Positions 1 through 9,600 of a DNA stretch of 64,000 nucleotides are shown here, piece after piece. The position numbers were made by a program, and so were the translations under genes. The DNA is from an uncultured delta proteobacterium. Lineage in GTDB: Bacteria > Desulfobacterota > Binatia > UBA9968. The notes under the pieces were generated by a model. That model did not search any database. It saw only the letters and a program-made list of their open reading frames with translations, and was not told where the DNA came from. Position 1 is the stretch's first letter, and each line of letters begins with the position of its first letter. Where the stretch lies: positions 320,001 through 384,000 of the forward strand of contig CAWFJP010000031.1 in assembly GCA_963816145.1 (NCBI GenBank), written 5' to 3'.

Positions 1-207
1 CGCCACTTCGAAAAGAATAGGAGTTTACCTGACGTTGAAAGCGACCGAGACAACCATCGTACAGCTCTCAAAAAGCAGAAAATTGGGATGTCGCGTCAGT
101 GGTGGTTATGCGGGACTCTATTTCAAAGTGGCGGGTAATCCGGAGGTACATTCGGCAGTAGTAACCCGATCCGTGATTGAGGATCCGAACCATAGGGGGA
201 GACAGAT

Positions 208-420
208 ATGTGGAACAAAGATGAGATCAAAGGCAAAGGCAAGCAAATTTCTGGAGCGATCAAAGATAAGACGGGGGAATTGATCAAAAGTCCCAAGCTC
301 GAAGCCGAAGGGGAAGCGGAACAGCTAGCGGGAAAGGTTCAGGAGAAAACCGGCAAGGCGCGCCGCAAAACCGGTGAAGCGATTGTGAAGACGGCCAAAT
401 CGATTGCGGGCAAATTATAG
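208..420 (+). CDS. CsbD family stress protein
   Basis: 70 aa, MWNKDEIKGKGKQISGAIKDKTG...EAEGEAEQLAGKVQEK CsbD pattern; GGGGAG RBS. Confidence 0.9.
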   Translation: MWNKDEIKGKGKQISGAIKDKTGELIKSPKLEAEGEAEQLAGKVQEKTGKARRKTGEAIVKTAKSIAGKL

Positions 421-535
421 TATCGACCTCAGTTGATTATAAGAAATGGCTGGCGGCAGAGAGCGGGTTTTGTCGATCAACTCTTTGCCGCCAAGTATTA
501 ACCCATAGAAATAAAGTCCAAAAGTAGATTATAGC

Positions 536-958
536 GTGATTTATTCTGCATCGCCTTTTTCTAATTTCGCCAAGTGGACGGCACGAGCGACCGGTCATCC
601 AGCGGCATTCATGAGCGCGGCTGCGATCATCGCGGTCTGGGGCGTCACGGGGCCGATATTTGAGTATAGCGATACCTGGCAACTGGTCATCAACACTGGC
701 ACGACGATCATCACATTCCTGATGGTATTCTTGATTCAAAATACCCAGAACCGTGACAGCCACGCGGTGCAATTGAAACTTGACGAGCTAATTCGCGCCG
801 TGAGCGGCGCGCACAACGCGCTACTCGATCTCGAAGGCCTTGAAGAAGCGGACTTGGAACGGTTTCGCGCGCGCTACGAAGGACTTGCGCGCGCAGCGCG
901 CGAAGCGCTGCGTCGCGGCGAGTTGGATACCGGCACCCCCGAGGTCAAAGCGGATTAA
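536..958 (+). CDS. Low-affinity iron permease (Fet4-like) family protein
   Basis: YSDTWQLVINTGTTIITFLMVFLIQNTQNRD..A.QLKLDELIRA signature. Confidence 0.9.
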   Translation: MIYSASPFSNFAKWTARATGHPAAFMSAAAIIAVWGVTGPIFEYSDTWQLVINTGTTIITFLMVFLIQNTQNRDSHAVQLKLDELIRAVSGAHNALLDLEGLEEADLERFRARYEGLARAAREALRRGELDTGTPEVKAD

Positions 959-963
959 GTGAG

Positions 964-1644
964 ATGGCGATGGTGAGGCACGAGTGGTTTGGGCTGGACG
1001 TCAAGCATTGGAAGGAGATTAAGCAAATGAACCAGCTTGCGGTACAGAGCGCAGCAGTGTCTATTGACCAAATGGAAATTGGCGAACCGCGACAAGTCTT
1101 TCTTTTCAGTGGACATATGGTTGATGCTCCCGATCGGTCGCCGGCGCGCTTTCCGCCTGAGATGGAACCGCACGCGGCCGCTGCGATCGCTAAACTGCTC
1201 AATGAACTAGGCGCCGGCGCCGATGATGTGGCGATCTCAAGCGGCGCTTGCGGAAGCGATCTGCTTTTCGCCGAAGCCTGTTTGAAGCGCAACGTGCGAG
1301 TAGAGATCTACTTACCATTTGTCGAGGAGGAATTTCTCAAAAATTCCATCGATTTCGCCGGCAAACAGTGGCGGGATAGGTTTTTTGCGGTCAAAAAGCA
1401 GATCCAAGGTTGGCGCATAATGCCGCAGGAGTTGGGACCTACGCCGGCACGGGAAGATCCCTTTGCCGGCGTCAACCTGTGGATGCTCCATCAAGCGCTC
1501 GCGTATGGAACAAAAAAAGTCTGTTTCATCTGCCTCTGGGATCGCCAAGCGGGTGATGGACCGGGCGGCACGAAACACTTGCACGATGCCGTCGTTCAGG
1601 GCGGAGGAAAGGCTTATGTGCTCGATACCGCAAAGCTCTGGTAA
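964..1644 (+). CDS. SLOG-like domain protein (start may be 1027)
   Basis: FSGHMVD..R..RFP, SSGACGSDLLFAE and LWD..GDGPGGT motifs. Confidence 0.6.
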   Translation: MAMVRHEWFGLDVKHWKEIKQMNQLAVQSAAVSIDQMEIGEPRQVFLFSGHMVDAPDRSPARFPPEMEPHAAAAIAKLLNELGAGADDVAISSGACGSDLLFAEACLKRNVRVEIYLPFVEEEFLKNSIDFAGKQWRDRFFAVKKQIQGWRIMPQELGPTPAREDPFAGVNLWMLHQALAYGTKKVCFICLWDRQAGDGPGGTKHLHDAVVQGGGKAYVLDTAKLW

Positions 1645-1982
1645 TGTTCCGCAATCATCGAGCTAAAACTAAGATGGATCATTAATTGTAGGCAAGAGCG
1701 TTCTTGAATGCGCGGCAGATGTTGGTCGGTTGAGTGACGTTGATGTGCGTCTACACACCCCGCCAGCCGAGTTGGAATAGTCGGTTTCCGCAGATTGGTT
1801 GATAGATGGGTTTGAGCCTGTGATCTTTTTGAATGTCGATGACGAGTAAGTCGCACGTGACCTGGAGGTAGCCGCCGGTGAAAGCCATCTCTGAAGTTAC
1901 CGACTTAGGTCTTGGGTCGGCGTCCGAGTGAACCGCCAACGCAAGCAACCTTCGATTCGATCGCTATTCACCTGATCCGTTC

Positions 1983-2010
1983 CGACCATTTGGTCGACAG
2001 TTTCGACGCT
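1983..2010 (+). promoter_or_regulatory. Enhancer-like double palindrome, copy 1
   Basis: CGACC-ATTT-GGTCGA-CAGTT-TCGAC-GCT; near-identical copies at 4243 and 11238. Confidence 0.75.
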
Positions 2011-2090
2011 AATGGCTAGCGGTTTCTTGATTTTCCTCTGTCAGCCTTACGAAGTGATCGAAAATAAAGACTTTTCCCCGTTGGAAGGCC

Positions 2091-2105
2091 TGGCACCGAT
2101 CGTGC
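2091..2105 (+). promoter_or_regulatory. sigma54 (-24/-12) promoter
   Basis: TGGCAC-CGATC-GTGC, with the GG 109 bp after the enhancer start. Confidence 0.7.
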
Positions 2106-2147
2106 GCTGCTAATACGTAGAATCAACGAAACGGAAAAGGAGTGACT

Positions 2148-2228
2148 ATGGATACTTTATTGATCGTTCTCATCGTGTTGTTTGTACTCGGCGGTGGCGG
2201 TTGGGGATATTCTCGCTGGCGCCGGTAG
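2148..2228 (+). CDS. 26-aa single-TM microprotein (MDTLLIVLIVLFVLGGGGWGYSRWRR)
   Basis: AAGGAG RBS; hydrophobic helix then GGGGWGY and a basic tail; not in the ORF track. Confidence 0.8.
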   Translation: MDTLLIVLIVLFVLGGGGWGYSRWRR

Positions 2229-2267
2229 CACCAGCGATTAACCAGATGAAAGAAAGGAAAAACAGGC

Positions 2268-2342
2268 ATGAACAACATATTTTACATTGTCGGTGTTGTT
2301 GTGGTGGTGATCTTCGTTGCCGGGTATCTCGGTCTGAGGTAG
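2268..2342 (+). CDS. 24-aa single-TM microprotein (MNNIFYIVGVVVVVIFVAGYLGLR)
   Basis: AAGGA RBS; pure TM helix; follows the previous microprotein. Confidence 0.75.
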   Translation: MNNIFYIVGVVVVVIFVAGYLGLR

Positions 2343-2400
2343 GCCGGAGGGCCGGACTTTGGCGATGAGCTTCTTGGTTATCTGTTTAATCGCCACGGTC

Positions 2401-2475
2401 TAACTCCCCGCAGCTTACTGCAATTGTTTGATAGGTTCGAACTGACACCCCGCTGCTTGCGGCGGGGTTCTTCAT
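2401..2475. repeat. Short hairpin element resembling IS200/IS605-type end remnants
   Basis: CCCCGCAGCTTACTGC...CCCCGCTGCTTGCGGCGGGG paired hairpin motifs. Confidence 0.4.
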
Positions 2476-2563
2476 ACCTGTCCAGTACCGGACGGTACTC
2501 TCTAATGAGTAAGCTAAAGTTAACCACTCAAAAAACCCATACTGAATGACGGAGGAATGCTCG

Positions 2564-3094
2564 ATGAACCAAGACATTTTTGCAGGGCAATGGAAGCAAA
2601 TGCGCGGCGAGTTGAAATCGTGGTGGGGCAGACTCGCCGATGACGACTTGGAACGAATCGGCGGTCACAAAGACCAGCTTATCGGTTTAGTGCAGGAGAA
2701 ATACGGTTACGCCCGCGAGCATGCCGAGCAAGAGGTGGAGCGGCACCTCAAAGAGTTTAGCGACAAAACGGATGGAGCCGTCGCCAATATGACTGCCAAG
2801 GCGCAGGAGCTTGGTACGGCTGCCGCGAACAAGGCCAACGAAGCGGCCACAGTCGTCGGCGAGAAAATCGGTTCGCTGGCGCATGTGATTCGGGAAAATG
2901 CTCCGCACGACGGACCGGTGGCAACCGCGGCGACTGTGGTAGTCGATGGGCTGGAATCTACAAGCTCTTACTTGCGCGAGAAAAAATTCGACCATCTGGC
3001 AAAAGACGTCACGGCTTTGGTCCGCAGCTATCCTGTGCGAGCGTTACTGATCGCTGTCGGCCTTGGCTATTTGCTGGGTCGGCGCCCGAGATAA
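2564..3094 (+). CDS. CsbD family protein with ElaB/DUF883-like C-terminal membrane anchor
   Basis: MNQDIFAGQWKQMRGELKSWWGRLADDDL..; C-term VRSYPVRALLIAVGLGYLLGRR; GGAGG RBS. Confidence 0.85.
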   Translation: MNQDIFAGQWKQMRGELKSWWGRLADDDLERIGGHKDQLIGLVQEKYGYAREHAEQEVERHLKEFSDKTDGAVANMTAKAQELGTAAANKANEAATVVGEKIGSLAHVIRENAPHDGPVATAATVVVDGLESTSSYLREKKFDHLAKDVTALVRSYPVRALLIAVGLGYLLGRRPR

Positions 3095-3385
3095 AGCATG
3101 GACACCGGGGGTCCAAATCCTAGAGACCGACTTACTAGCCATTACTCTGTCCTGCAATAAATGGATGCATCAACTGTAATCAAAAGTTTCAATGGCCTTT
3201 TACCGAGATACACTAACGAATTTGCCTCTGGAACGGCGGTTGACCAAAAGGCACGACTTAGACCCATGTCGGATTGCCCGCAATGCGGATGGTGATTGCG
3301 AGGTGTCGTGCCACAACCTTACCCCTACGGTAGATCGTGTGAGAGATCAGAACAGAAATATTTTCTTTGGAAAGACGCTGACACT

Positions 3386-4033
3386 ATGAAATCGTGGGCC
3401 GACTTTAAAAGTATCCTGCCCTACGCGAGTGACTTATTCGGAGTTTATCAGCCGCTACGACGCTGGAAATTTCGCATTATTGGCAATCTTTTCGACAAAT
3501 TTCGCAACGCGCTCTATCCTAACCTTGCTGAGCAGGTGCGGTCGTCGCAGCTTGCGCCGTTGCAAGGGCAACTCGAACGGGAGACAGGCGCAGAATTGGC
3601 GACCGATACCGGACGTCAAGCGCCAAGTATCAGCGACCCCAAGCCGGTTGCCTTTGTCAGCGAGGTGCCGCCCCCACTGGCACCCGCTATCGACTGCGGT
3701 ATTGCTCGGTTGTTACAACGCGATATCGGCAGCAACCCGCCGCGGGATTGGGGGCGCTTGATCACAACCGAATCGATGACGACGCGGCTGGAGAAGTTGA
3801 AAACCATTGTCGCCAAACCTGCTGAATTACAAAATTTTCCCGATATCGCTGATTACGTTCAAAGCTTCACCCAGGCGATCGCTACCAGCGATCAAGCCCA
3901 GCTCATGCAATCGATGTTCGATAAGGAAGCACGTCTCTCGGGTTTTTTGCTCTTCCTCGCACGGCACAAGCCGACTCAATTGAACGAAATATTTTTCACC
4001 GCGCCACAGGCGGATAATCGTCCGGCTGCCTGA
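3386..4033 (+). CDS. Hypothetical protein (possibly a truncated fragment)
   Basis: Long ORF, no recognised motif. Confidence 0.45.
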   Translation: MKSWADFKSILPYASDLFGVYQPLRRWKFRIIGNLFDKFRNALYPNLAEQVRSSQLAPLQGQLERETGAELATDTGRQAPSISDPKPVAFVSEVPPPLAPAIDCGIARLLQRDIGSNPPRDWGRLITTESMTTRLEKLKTIVAKPAELQNFPDIADYVQSFTQAIATSDQAQLMQSMFDKEARLSGFLLFLARHKPTQLNEIFFTAPQADNRPAA

Positions 4034-4242
4034 AAATCACGGCTTGGACCGCGTGGCATTTGGGGCACGTGTGTGACGAGCCAACGTGCATTTACCGAGC
4101 TACGTCCACCCCTTTGGCACTGTAGTAAGGACGCGGATTGCTTGCGGCCGGGAATTACCCGCCAGCCTCTGAACTGATGGCGGCATGCCGCACAGTCGCC
4201 GGTAATCAATCTTTTTTAACTTACTCACCGCTGGTTCTTATT

Positions 4243-4270
4243 CGACCTTTTGGTCGAGAGTCTCGACGCT
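4243..4270 (+). promoter_or_regulatory. Enhancer-like double palindrome, copy 2
   Basis: CGACC-TTTT-GGTCGA-GAGTC-TCGAC-GCT. Confidence 0.75.
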
Positions 4271-4350
4271 TTTAACGAGCCATCTGTTAAATGCAACCAG
4301 CCCGCCTCAATAAGCTCTCGGAAACATGGTCTTTCCCTTGCCGTAATGTT

Positions 4351-4365
4351 CGGCACAGATAGTGC
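4351..4365 (+). promoter_or_regulatory. sigma54 (-24/-12) promoter
   Basis: CGGCAC-AGATA-GTGC, with the GG 109 bp after the enhancer start. Confidence 0.65.
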
Positions 4366-4414
4366 TCCAGATAATTGGCGTTAGAAAACTAAATCCAAAA
4401 CTAGGAGATACACT

Positions 4415-4561
4415 ATGCGGTCGATCATTTTCGCAGGAGTTATGTTGTTGCTGTTAGGCACGAACGTGGCTTGCAACACGGTTCATGGTGTCGGGCAAGA
4501 CATCGAGCGGGCGGGCGAAAAGACTCAGGACGCGGCGGACGCCGTGAAGAAAAAATTGTAG
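4415..4561 (+). CDS. Entericidin A/B family lipoprotein (48 aa)
   Basis: MRSIIFAGVMLLLLGTNVACNTVHGVGQDIERAGEK; ACNTxxGxGxDI motif; AGGAG RBS; not in the ORF track. Confidence 0.9.
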   Translation: MRSIIFAGVMLLLLGTNVACNTVHGVGQDIERAGEKTQDAADAVKKKL

Positions 4562-4726
4562 TCCGATCAAAGAAATGAAATGCACGGAGTCTTTAACTCG
4601 GGCCAGCTGGAGCAGTCATTTCGTGAATACAGGCCTAACCATATTTCTTTGCAAACTCGTCCAAAATTAGACAGCCAATCCTGACTTGTCAGCGTAGAGA
4701 AGGGCTCCATCGCTTATTAGGCGGAT

Positions 4727-5062
4727 ATGATGAATGTTTTCAGTCGTGCGGCAGCGGGTTTAACTATGGTCTTGGCGGTGACGGTAAGCACGGGTTGCAT
4801 GGAAAACATCGCGCTAGTGGGCAGACCTACGCTTCAATTGGATCAAGATGAGGCCAGTCCAGGTGCCAGGATGCAGACGCTTGACGGGCGAGTGGAGCAG
4901 CTGGATTTTCAGCGCCGATACTTCCAAATCCGCGATCAGTCCAGAGAACTAGTCATCGTTTCCCTTTCGTCCAACGCTGAGAGATTAGATGTGGATCGTT
5001 TCCGGGCGCTTCGAGATGGCGATTACGTACGAGTCGAAGGGAGATTTCTCGATCGACAATGA
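4727..5062 (+). CDS. Putative lipoprotein, probably degraded (frame continues past the TGA as FELATFLRDNR)
   Basis: Lipobox STGC; OB-fold-like 'GDYVRVEGRF' end. Confidence 0.55.
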   Translation: MMNVFSRAAAGLTMVLAVTVSTGCMENIALVGRPTLQLDQDEASPGARMQTLDGRVEQLDFQRRYFQIRDQSRELVIVSLSSNAERLDVDRFRALRDGDYVRVEGRFLDRQ

Positions 5063-5140
5063 TTCGAGTTGGCTACTTTCCTTCGCGACAACCGATAACG
5101 ATTTACCATCGGCGCTGTTTAAGCCGATGAGGGAGAAACG

Positions 5141-5812
5141 ATGAGATGCCTTCGGGCTATAGCCATTTTGATCCTTGTCGCACTGCCAATCGGTTGCGCG
5201 CTGGAGACTTCATCTCGCAGGCCGGCACCACAGGAAACGCGTCCCGCCGCGAGCAGCCGACCGCTGGATGCGAGGCAGACGGAGCGAGTGCAGCGAATCA
5301 TGATGCCGTTGCTCCGCGCGACGAATAACCCGCGCCGTTTAAACGAGATCCGAGTTCGCGTTCTTGACGATCCAAACATCAACGCTGCCAATGCGGGGGA
5401 CGGCGAGTTTCAAGTGACGACCGGTCTTCTGCAAAAAGCCAACGATGAGCACCTAAGAGGGGTGCTGGCTCACGAGATTGCTCACGACGATCTTGGCCAT
5501 GTGGCCAGAGCGCAGACTTTGGGTACGGGTCTCAATATTGGCGTGATTCTACTCGAACAGCTTTTTCCGGGCAGCAGTGCGGTGACCCCGATCGCGGGCG
5601 CACTGATAGCCAATAGCTACAGCCGCTCAGAGGAACTCGAAGCGGACAGTCACGGTGTCGAGATCTTACGTCGGGCTGGTTACTCTAAAGAGGTAATGAT
5701 CGACTCGCTGACATGGCTGCTGCAGATCTCAGGAGGCGACAGTGGTGGTGGTTTCTTGTCCACTCACCCGGCGACTGAGGATAGAATCGCCGCTTTGAGA
5801 AAGTTGGCATGA
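5141..5812 (+). CDS. M48 family zinc metallopeptidase lipoprotein
   Basis: Lipobox PIGC, NA.N, HEIAH, YSR..ELEAD, FLSTHP. Confidence 0.9.
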   Translation: MRCLRAIAILILVALPIGCALETSSRRPAPQETRPAASSRPLDARQTERVQRIMMPLLRATNNPRRLNEIRVRVLDDPNINAANAGDGEFQVTTGLLQKANDEHLRGVLAHEIAHDDLGHVARAQTLGTGLNIGVILLEQLFPGSSAVTPIAGALIANSYSRSEELEADSHGVEILRRAGYSKEVMIDSLTWLLQISGGDSGGGFLSTHPATEDRIAALRKLA

Positions 5813-5913
5813 AGGGCGCGTCTTTAGTGACTGCACAACTTCTGAATGAGTAAGATGAAGGAAGAACAGGTTGGAAATAATTACGTTTCAAAAACAAGCC
5901 ATTGAGGTGATTT

Positions 5914-6225
5914 ATGGTACGGACATTCAAAAGGTTAGCAGCGACGGTGGCATTTCTATTCTTGATAGCCGGCTGCCAAGCGATGACAGGCGAGACCGCG
6001 GGGCAGAACATCGATGACGGAGTTCTCACATCATCGGTCAAAACCTCACTCGCAGGCGAGCGGGTTAACACCCTGTCACGTGTGGGAGTCGAGACCAACA
6101 ACGGCATTGTGGTCCTTACCGGCGAAGTCGAGACCGCCCAGGAGAAGTCGCGTGCTGGAACGGTTGCCTCGCAGGTAAAGGGCGTCAGACAGGTCGTCAA
6201 CAACCTGCAAGTCATCAAGCGTTAG
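5914..6225 (+). CDS. BON domain lipoprotein (OsmY-like)
   Basis: IAGC lipobox; DDxxLTxxVK, VETNNGIVVLTG, VKGVRQVVNNL. Confidence 0.9.
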   Translation: MVRTFKRLAATVAFLFLIAGCQAMTGETAGQNIDDGVLTSSVKTSLAGERVNTLSRVGVETNNGIVVLTGEVETAQEKSRAGTVASQVKGVRQVVNNLQVIKR

Positions 6226-6269
6226 ACGTGGCTATGAAACGCGAGCGCATTCGATCGGAGGAGAAATCT

Positions 6270-6572
6270 ATGACAAGCAATAGCGAATCCAAATCTACCC
6301 ACTTACTTATCGGCCTGGCAGTGGGAGCGATCGGCGGACTCGTCGCCGCGATCCTGGCCCATAGAGAGACCCGCGAGGCGTTGCGTGAACGCAGCGAAAA
6401 AAGCTTGGACTACCTCAATCAGCAAGCGGGCAAGCTGCGCGAGACCGCCGATGTTATCGTGCAACAGGGGAAAAAGCTCATCGCTTGCAGCGGCTCCGGC
6501 TCGGTCGATCACTCTACGGAGGCCAGTAAGCAGGCCTATCAGGAAGGCAAGCGAGAAAACTTAGGCGGCTAA
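6270..6572 (+). CDS. YtxH domain-like stress protein
   Basis: LIGLAVGAIGGLVAAILA..ETRE.L; GGAGGAG RBS. Confidence 0.75.
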   Translation: MTSNSESKSTHLLIGLAVGAIGGLVAAILAHRETREALRERSEKSLDYLNQQAGKLRETADVIVQQGKKLIACSGSGSVDHSTEASKQAYQEGKRENLGG

Positions 6573-6614
6573 AGTATCGCCAGCCAGTTTTATAGAAGGA
6601 TAAGGACCTAAAAA

Positions 6615-6788
6615 ATGCTTTGGCTTATTTTTGCACTGCTTTTAATGATGGGCGTCGTCAGCTTTTTCACTTCGTACACGATGCTTGGCGGAGGGGTTCA
6701 GATTGTACTGATTGGCGCGCTGGGGGCGCTTGGGGTCAAGCGCATTGGTGCAGTATCGAGCCGCATTCGGCGCTATCAGGTGGATTAG
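6615..6788 (+). CDS. 57-aa lmo0937-like membrane microprotein
   Basis: MLWLIFALLLMMGVVSFFTSYTMLGGGVQIVLI; AAGGA RBS; not in the ORF track. Confidence 0.65.
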   Translation: MLWLIFALLLMMGVVSFFTSYTMLGGGVQIVLIGALGALGVKRIGAVSSRIRRYQVD

Positions 6789-6821
6789 CCATTTCGTCTC
6801 AAAGACGAAGGAATAAATACG

Positions 6822-7053
6822 ATGCGTCTTAAATCCGATAACGCTTGTGGGAATCGCTCTGATCGTGCTGGGCATCGTCGCGTTCGCCTACAAGGGGATC
6901 ACCTACACAAGCCGCGAGAAGGTGATCGATATTGGCCCCATCCATGCCACCGCGGATACCCAGAAAACCATCCCGTTGTCGCCTCTTTTGGGCGGATTGG
7001 CGCTGGTCGGTGGCATTGTGTTGGTGGTGGTCGGAGCGAAGAAGTCGTCGTAA
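6822..7053 (+). CDS. DUF3185-like two-TM small protein (1-nt frameshift near the start; alternative GTG start at 6847)
   Basis: GIALIVLGIVAFAY.GITYT.REKVIDIGPI..T..KTIPLSPLLGG; the RBS-led ATG at 6822 is off by one base. Confidence 0.75.
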
Positions 7054-7213
7054 CGGCAAGGCAGCGCCGCACCGAGGAAGTAACTGCGCGGCGAAAGCGA
7101 CCGAGGGGCGAGCTGCACTACCTTGAACGGGAAGCAGGTCGACGGGGCGAGTTGGCATTGTAGGAGTCCTGTCGCGGCGATTGGGCTAGGAATACAGATG
7201 ATCTGGAGAAATC

Positions 7214-8434
7214 ATGAACCACGGTGCCATCGCTGGAACGCATCGTCGAATCGCCATGCTCGGCAATCACTTGCCGCGCCAGTGCGGTATCGCTACCTTT
7301 ACGACCGACCTCAGCGGCGCGATCGCCGCGGAGGTCTCTAACGCCGATTGTATGGTGGTTGCGATGAACGACGCCGGTAAACAGTACGCGTATCCCCCGC
7401 GGGTTCGTGTAGAGGTGGCCGAGGGCGACATCGGGTCGTATAACCGGGCAGCCGATTATTTGAACGCTAACAAGATCGACGTCGTGTCCGTGCAGCACGA
7501 GTATGGCATTTTCGGCGGCAAGGCCGGTAGCTACTTACTCACGTTTCTGCGCAAGTTGCGCATGCCGATCGTGACCACCCTTCACACCGTCCTCGGCAAG
7601 CCGGATTCCATGCAGCGTCGAGCCATGAACGAGATCACCCGACTCTCGAAGCGACTCGTTGTCATGAGCGCCCATGGCGCCGTCCTGCTTCATAATGTTC
7701 ACGGCGTGCCTGAGCACAAAATCGATACCATCCCGCACGGGATTCCGAGCGTGCCTTACGGATCAAGCACTAAGAAAGAACTCGGGTTCAAAGGTAAGTC
7801 GGTGATTTTTACCTTCGGACTGCTATCGCCGGATAAAGGCATCGAGCATGTGATCGATGCCCTGCCGGCGATTCTTGTGCGGTATCCCAACACGATTTAC
7901 GTCGTCCTCGGCGCTACCCATCCACATGTCAAAGAGCGCTATGGGGAAAGCTACCGCGAAAGCCTAGAGCTTCGGGCACAAGAACTCGGGGTGGCATCGA
8001 GCGTGATCTTTCACAACCGTTTCGTGAGCCGCGGTGAGCTCGTCAAGTTTCTCGCGGCCGCCGACATCTATGTCACGCCGTACCTCAAACCGGAACAGAG
8101 CACGTCCGGGACATTGGCCTATGCGGTAGGCTCGGGCAAGGCGGTCATTTCCACGCCTTATATTTATGCCCGGGAACTCCTCGCCGATGGGCGCGGGATA
8201 CTGGTACCGTGGCGAGATTCGCAGACCATCACCCGCGCGGTGGTGGATCTCTTGGGCGACGATGTAAAACGAGCCGCCCTCTGCGCCCGTGCCGCCGCTC
8301 ACGGCCGCAGCATGGTCTGGCCCGCGGTGGCGCGTCGCTACCTGCAGAGCTTCGACCGGGCATGCAGTCGAGAACAATCGATGCCTCGGGTTGGCCTGGA
8401 ATTAGACGATCGAGATCGCCGGGTCTTAACTTAA
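7214..8434 (+). CDS. Glycosyltransferase family 4
   Basis: PRQCGIATFT, QHEYGIFGG, FGLLSPDKGIE, SGTLAYA.G.GKAVISTPY. Confidence 0.9.
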   Translation: MNHGAIAGTHRRIAMLGNHLPRQCGIATFTTDLSGAIAAEVSNADCMVVAMNDAGKQYAYPPRVRVEVAEGDIGSYNRAADYLNANKIDVVSVQHEYGIFGGKAGSYLLTFLRKLRMPIVTTLHTVLGKPDSMQRRAMNEITRLSKRLVVMSAHGAVLLHNVHGVPEHKIDTIPHGIPSVPYGSSTKKELGFKGKSVIFTFGLLSPDKGIEHVIDALPAILVRYPNTIYVVLGATHPHVKERYGESYRESLELRAQELGVASSVIFHNRFVSRGELVKFLAAADIYVTPYLKPEQSTSGTLAYAVGSGKAVISTPYIYARELLADGRGILVPWRDSQTITRAVVDLLGDDVKRAALCARAAAHGRSMVWPAVARRYLQSFDRACSREQSMPRVGLELDDRDRRVLT

Positions 8435-8475
8435 GAAACTGGCGAGACGCAAAAACTCAATTGGAGGTTTACTCA

Positions 8476-9129
8476 ATGAACAGTCTCTCTGTATATCAAA
8501 CCGCACACATGAAATATCCGTATACCCTGCCTACGATCGAGTATGCGTATGACGCACTCGAGCCGTACATTGACGAGCCAACGATGCATTTGCACCATGA
8601 CAAGCATCATCAGGCTTATATCGATCACGCCAATGAAGCGGTCGGCAAATATCCTGAGCTGCAGAAAACCGATCTAGTGACCCTATTGGCTAACCTTAGC
8701 GATTTGCCTGCCGATATCAGGACGCCGCTGCAAAGCAATGGCGGCGGCCACCTCAACCATGCGTTATTCTGGGAATACATGACGCCACGGGGTGGCGGCG
8801 AGCCTCAGGGCAAGCTACTCCAGGCGATTATAAAGACATTTGGCGGATTCGCTCATTTTAAAGAAGAATTTGATGCCGCTGCTAGAAATCGCTTGGGCAG
8901 CGGATGGGCTTGGCTTACCGTGACGCCTACGGGGGACTTGGAGACTAGTTCAACGCCAAACCAAGATACTCCGTTATCAAACGGTCAACTGCCGATTTTA
9001 GCTCTCGATGTCTGGGAACACGCGTATTATCTCAAGTATCACAACCGGCGGCCCGAATACATTACGAACTGGTGGCACGTGGTGAACTGGAAAAAGGTCC
9101 AGGAACAGTTCGACAAAATTACCGGTTAG
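8476..9129 (+). CDS. sodA: Superoxide dismutase, Mn-type
   Basis: HHDKHH, NGGGHLNH, GSGWAWL, NQD, DVWEHAYY; GGAGG RBS before 8476. Confidence 0.9.
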   Translation: MNSLSVYQTAHMKYPYTLPTIEYAYDALEPYIDEPTMHLHHDKHHQAYIDHANEAVGKYPELQKTDLVTLLANLSDLPADIRTPLQSNGGGHLNHALFWEYMTPRGGGEPQGKLLQAIIKTFGGFAHFKEEFDAAARNRLGSGWAWLTVTPTGDLETSSTPNQDTPLSNGQLPILALDVWEHAYYLKYHNRRPEYITNWWHVVNWKKVQEQFDKITG

Positions 9130-9600
9130 CCGGGCCGCAAAACACCCGACGCTTAACTGCGGTTTTAGAGTGAAAGGAACATCGACGTCAATACCAGCCG
9201 CAGCGATAATCAGATCGAAACTTCATTGGGAGGCCTTAGATAGCTGCCGTCAGCGAATGCACCTTTGAATATGCCGCCGATACCAGGAAAGCCTATGGTC
9301 TCGCCCATCTGGTTTTGGTTGAGTTGCTGAAAAAGGTTAGTTTCGGAAGCAAAAGCCGCGAACGGTACGTTCCCGGAACCCTGCTGCAGCATTGAGTAGG
9401 TGTCACTGCGCAATAATGCCCGATAGGGATAATCTAATATAAGTCCTTCTTTTCGCAGATTGATGACTTAACGAACGATTACAACGTCTAAGAGGGTGTG
9501 GCCCAGCAAAAGTAACGGCACCGAGGATAGCGACTCGTGGCAGTGTTCACGATCGCGCATTATCTCAAACTTACGCACCCGAGTCTGCAGGAGGAGAACC

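Noticed and set aside
4415-4561. Entericidin as a toxin-antitoxin system
   Set aside because: Only one ecn-like gene is present, with no partner
8209-8475. N-terminal extension of SOD in the ORF track
   Set aside because: It overlaps the GT4 gene; a strong RBS points to a start at 8476
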